Positions 8,405-11,892 of a stretch of DNA of 11,892 nt are shown here, piece after piece. Made by a program: the position numbers and the translations under genes. The stretch's first letter is position 1; every line of letters begins with the position of its first letter. The DNA is from Limisphaerales bacterium (GTDB lineage Bacteria; Verrucomicrobiota; Verrucomicrobiia; Limisphaerales; JAJOIW01). A model generated the notes under the pieces. It was not told the origin of the DNA. It did no database searches and saw only the letters and a program-made list of their open reading frames with translations. Location: assembly GCA_965657355.1 (NCBI GenBank), contig CBFHOE010000003.1:173619-185510 (forward strand), given 5' to 3'.

Positions 8405-9196
8405 ATGCGCGAGTCGATTTATCGAATAATATTTAAGACGGATACTCCGGCCGGAAAGACGTTTGATATTTGGCTCCTGGTGGCAATAGCTTTCAGTGTA
8501 ATCGTGGTCATATTGGACAGTGTTCCAGAAATCCATGAGGAACATAAATCTCTCCTACTAGGTATAGAATGGTTTTTTACTGCGCTTTTCACGATGGAGT
8601 ATGTCTTGCGGTTATACTGCGTGAACTACAGGATGAGTTATGCTCTTAGTTTTTTTGGGTTGATAGATTTATTGGCCATACTTCCGACGTATATCAATTT
8701 TTTCGTTGAGGGAGCTCAGTTTTTAGTTGTGGTTCGTATACTGAGGTTGTTGAGAGTTTTCCGTGTTTTCAAATTAGTTCGTCATTTAGATGAGATGAGC
8801 TTACTGATCGTTGCCCTAAAAGCTAGTCGGCGGAAGATCACTGTTTTTTTAGGGGCAGTTGTTACAACAGTTATCGTTATTGGGGCTTTGATGTATGTGA
8901 TAGAAGGAGAGGCTAATGGTTTCAAAGACATTCCTACTGGCGTTTACTGGGCAATAGTAACAATCACAACTGTTGGCTATGGAGATCTTTCTCCATCGAC
9001 ACCTCTAGGAAAGTTTGTCGCCTCATTTATCATGATAATGGGATATGGAATTATAGCTGTTCCTACTGGAATCGTTTCAGTCGAGTTGCAACAGGCCACT
9101 AAAAAGAGGAATAAACAGGTAAGATGTAATGAGTGCGGTGCAGAGGAACACGATGTCGATGCCTTTCATTGTAAAAGGTGTGGAACAAAACTTTAG
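8405..9196 (+). CDS. Voltage-gated-type 6-TM potassium channel (ion transporter) with C-terminal CxxC-X11-CxxC zinc-ribbon-like tail
   Basis: 263 aa. Selectivity filter TTVGYGD, S4 segment RILRLLRVFRVFK, IDLLAILP in S3, and C-terminal CNECG...CKRCG. Confidence 0.93.
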   Translation: MRESIYRIIFKTDTPAGKTFDIWLLVAIAFSVIVVILDSVPEIHEEHKSLLLGIEWFFTALFTMEYVLRLYCVNYRMSYALSFFGLIDLLAILPTYINFFVEGAQFLVVVRILRLLRVFRVFKLVRHLDEMSLLIVALKASRRKITVFLGAVVTTVIVIGALMYVIEGEANGFKDIPTGVYWAIVTITTVGYGDLSPSTPLGKFVASFIMIMGYGIIAVPTGIVSVELQQATKKRNKQVRCNECGAEEHDVDAFHCKRCGTKL

Positions 9197-9262
9197 TTTT
9201 TTGATTATAACCGGTGAGACTGGCGTAACAGGGGGAGGCTGTTAGTTCATAAATTAACTTGT

Positions 9263-9278
9263 TGGTACGCAACGTGCT
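9263..9278 (+). promoter_or_regulatory. Putative sigma-54 (-24/-12) promoter upstream of the glycosyltransferase gene
   Basis: TGGTACG-CAAC-GTGCT has GG (9264-65) and GC (9276-77) separated by exactly 10 nt and matches 10 of 12 consensus positions. It is intergenic and oriented toward the CDS at 9557. Confidence 0.6.
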
Positions 9279-9556
9279 CTGACCTAGTGGTAGGGAATAA
9301 ATTACATATTAATTTTCCCGGATCGGAATTGCGATAATTGATAAGAATTGCTGAAAATGTGACTGATTTATTAAAATAGGTCCATTTTAAGCTCATTTTA
9401 GGTCATTCGTGGATGTTGATGTTAGTTTAATTTTTGGCACATCCTCTGAAACAAATTTTCCAACAGGGAAATTTATACCTGAATTGGTATCAGGCAGAAA
9501 ATGCCCTTTTTCTATTAATCCTATTCCATTCTGAAAATAACCAGTGAGGTTTATAA

Positions 9557-11892
9557 ATGAGTCACGGAAATAGAAAATATGTGGTAACACACATTATCCA
9601 GCAGCTAACACTCGGAGGTGCCGCAAGAGCTTTGGTAGCAACATCAAAGTATTCTAGTCAAAAAGGCCCCTTCACGCATAAAGTCATTTCACTTGTCCCT
9701 CCAACGGATGACGGTCGTGAGCTAGCGACATCCAATGGAGTTGAAGTTTTGGTTGGATTATCCAGGACGGAAATAAAGAGTGTTTTAGAGCGTAGTGATA
9801 TAGTTCACATAAACTGGTGGAATAATCCCCAAGTCCAAAAGCTACTCAGGTCAGATTTACCAAAGATGCGAACCTTGGTTTGGTATCATGTTGCCGGTGA
9901 TCATGCCCCTCAATTAATCACACCCTCAATCGCTGGGTTTGCAGATATCAACATTGCTACCAATCCTTATACCTACAGGTCAAATGAAGCCTTGAGCCCA
10001 TTTATGGATAGATCGGATCACAGCAAATTACGAATGATTGTGGACCCAGCCGATTTGGAGCGCGTCGCTGGTGTCGAGTTGACCGATCACAGTGGTTTCA
10101 ATGTCGGGTATATAGGAACTGTGGATTTTTTCAAGATGCACAGGGAATTTATTCCAATGAGTTCTTCAATTGAGGTTCCTGAAATAAAATTTTTAGTATG
10201 CGGGGGCGGTATTCAAGAACAGCTATTACAGGAAGCACGCGAGTTAGGAGAGGAAGAAAAATTTAAATTTTTAGGATATGTTAAAGATATTAAACCAATC
10301 ATAAGTAAGCTTGATGTTTATGGCTATCCACTATGCGAAGGAACATATGCCTCTGGTGAACTCAATCTGCAAGAGGTAATGGCATGTGGGGTGCCTCCCG
10401 TGGTTTTCCCTTACGGCGGTGTCAAAGATATTATCCATAATGAAAAAGATGGGCTTATTGTTGAGTCCCCAAAGGAATACAAAGAAGCGATTGAATACCT
10501 GTATCACAACCCAAATAAAAGGTTGGAGATGGGAAAACAGGCTTCGATAAAAGCATGGAGTGAATATGGAGCAGAAAATGCTGCAGGAAAACTCAATTCA
10601 ATTTATGAAGAACTTCTAGAAATACCCAAAACAAATCATTTTTGGGGACAGTCAGATATTATTGTCGGTCGTAGTTCTCATACGGAAGAGGTTCAAAATT
10701 TAATACCTCACAAAGGGGCTGAAACATTTTGTGATTCGATGTGGTATCAATCTCGTTCATTTCGCTCAAGTGCAAGCGAAATGAATGCCGACAAGTTTGC
10801 TAATGTGGACTTAACAATATGCCAGATGCCACATATTATTCATGATGTAGGTATTCTTCCTTATCTTTCAGAATTTAATGATGATCCCTACCTTAATTAT
10901 TGGTCGGGCCTTTTTTGGTTGGTAAAAGGTAAATACAACCAAGCACAGCAGGCTTTCTTAAGGTCTATTCAAGTAGGTCTTCAGGATTTTCGCCCACACG
11001 CTTGTATGAGTCTCGTTGGTTATTTCTCTAATAATCATGCTCTCGAAAGTGAAGCTTTAAATAATTGTAAGACTCTTTCTGGCAATTACGAAAAATTTGT
11101 AATTCCTTTCAAGGAAGTGTTAGGAAAGCATTTGGGGACCCGTGATAAATCTGCTGATGAATTAGTAAAAGAGGCTTGTGATTTCATGGCAAACAATCAA
11201 TGGGAAAATGCAACTGAGTGTTTATTGCAGGTGTTAAATTCTAACGGTGACTCACTAGAACTTATTCAAAGCCTTGCAACCTGTGCCATCGAAGCTGGTG
11301 ATATTGCGAATGCAGAGATTTGGTTGAAGAAAGCCTCTGAACTTCCTGGAAGGTCGAACTTATTAATTTTCCAGCTCAGTCAAATCCAAAAAGTACAGGG
11401 TAAAAAAGAAGATGCCTTAGAATCAGCAAAACATTATTTTAAAATTGAAGCTGAATTATCTATTGAGTTTTTAAAATATTACGGCGAATTACTTTTTGAG
11501 AATGAGGAATACGGTGATTCATGCCGAGTCTTTCACAAGCTTGTATGCCAAGATAACCAGGATTGGGAAAGTTATTTTTATATGGCGAAATGCATGGTGC
11601 GTCGTCATGAATTCTCCGCAGCCAAAGAGTTATCTCAAGTTGCTCATTCACTGAATTCCAATCATCAACCAATAAAAGATCTTATTCAAATTATTGATCA
11701 AGCTGGTAGAGACGTGGATAAACCAAATAGCCAAAAAACAATTTTAAGTCATGGTGAAGTTGCTACCCAAGGGCATGATTCAAGTCAGCAAGAACAGGAG
11801 TTTCTGCAGTGGTTTGATTCTCAGGACCAGTTGCTTGAAGATGATAAGCAGACAGCACTAACTGAAGCTAAAAATAGATTTCCTCGATCGAC
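9557..11892 (+). CDS. GT4-family (GT-B) glycosyltransferase fused to TPR-like repeats, 3'-truncated by the window edge
   Basis: Not in the supplied ORF track. Hand translation of frame 2 from ATG 9557 (GAGGT RBS at 9546-9550) shows 778 codons with no stop. It begins MSHGNRKYVVTHIIQQLTLGGAARAL and includes SDIVHINWW, FNVGYIGTV, FLVCGGG, FKFLGYVKDI and QEVMACGVPPVVFPYGGVKDII. TPR-like helical pairs follow from about 10870 (e.g. YWSGLFWLVKGKYNQAQQAFLRSI, LATCAIEAGDIANAEIWLKKA). Confidence 0.9.
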   Translation, partial: MSHGNRKYVVTHIIQQLTLGGAARALVATSKYSSQKGPFTHKVISLVPPTDDGRELATSNGVEVLVGLSRTEIKSVLERSDIVHINWWNNPQVQKLLRSDLPKMRTLVWYHVAGDHAPQLITPSIAGFADINIATNPYTYRSNEALSPFMDRSDHSKLRMIVDPADLERVAGVELTDHSGFNVGYIGTVDFFKMHREFIPMSSSIEVPEIKFLVCGGGIQEQLLQEARELGEEEKFKFLGYVKDIKPIISKLDVYGYPLCEGTYASGELNLQEVMACGVPPVVFPYGGVKDIIHNEKDGLIVESPKEYKEAIEYLYHNPNKRLEMGKQASIKAWSEYGAENAAGKLNSIYEELLEIPKTNHFWGQSDIIVGRSSHTEEVQNLIPHKGAETFCDSMWYQSRSFRSSASEMNADKFANVDLTICQMPHIIHDVGILPYLSEFNDDPYLNYWSGLFWLVKGKYNQAQQAFLRSIQVGLQDFRPHACMSLVGYFSNNHALESEALNNCKTLSGNYEKFVIPFKEVLGKHLGTRDKSADELVKEACDFMANNQWENATECLLQVLNSNGDSLELIQSLATCAIEAGDIANAEIWLKKASELPGRSNLLIFQLSQIQKVQGKKEDALESAKHYFKIEAELSIEFLKYYGELLFENEEYGDSCRVFHKLVCQDNQDWESYFYMAKCMVRRHEFSAAKELSQVAHSLNSNHQPIKDLIQIIDQAGRDVDKPNSQKTILSHGEVATQGHDSSQQEQEFLQWFDSQDQLLEDDKQTALTEAKNRFPRS

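Noticed and set aside
9125..9184. Zinc-ribbon tail on the K+ channel as a novelty
   Set aside because: From general family knowledge, this Cys-rich tail is a common feature of this bacterial ion-transporter group.

Overview
AT-rich bacterial chromosomal window. The H-X9-DG prepilin and the membrane-anchored GrpE-like protein suggest a Verrucomicrobiota/PVC-group organism, which is an inference. Gene order: 5'-truncated FtsX/MacB-type ABC permease (+); a monocistronic type IV pilin-like H-X9-DG gene split by a frameshift, with a sigma-54-like promoter and a strong terminator (+); aas (+); queD (+); a two-TM protein with a C-terminal GrpE-like domain (+); a 697-bp gap between convergent genes that hand-folds into a long nested hairpin; a Dabb-family gene (-); a 6-TM K+ channel (+); and a GT4 glycosyltransferase-TPR gene (9557 to beyond the window end) that is missing from the supplied ORF track and is preceded by a good sigma-54 motif. 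I saw no CRISPR array, rRNA, tRNA, transposase or phage gene. No complete novel system can be shown from the sequence alone. The best leads are the split pilin, the candidate structured RNA at 7063-7286, the membrane-tethered GrpE-like protein and a possible sigma-54 link between the pilin and the glycosyltransferase.
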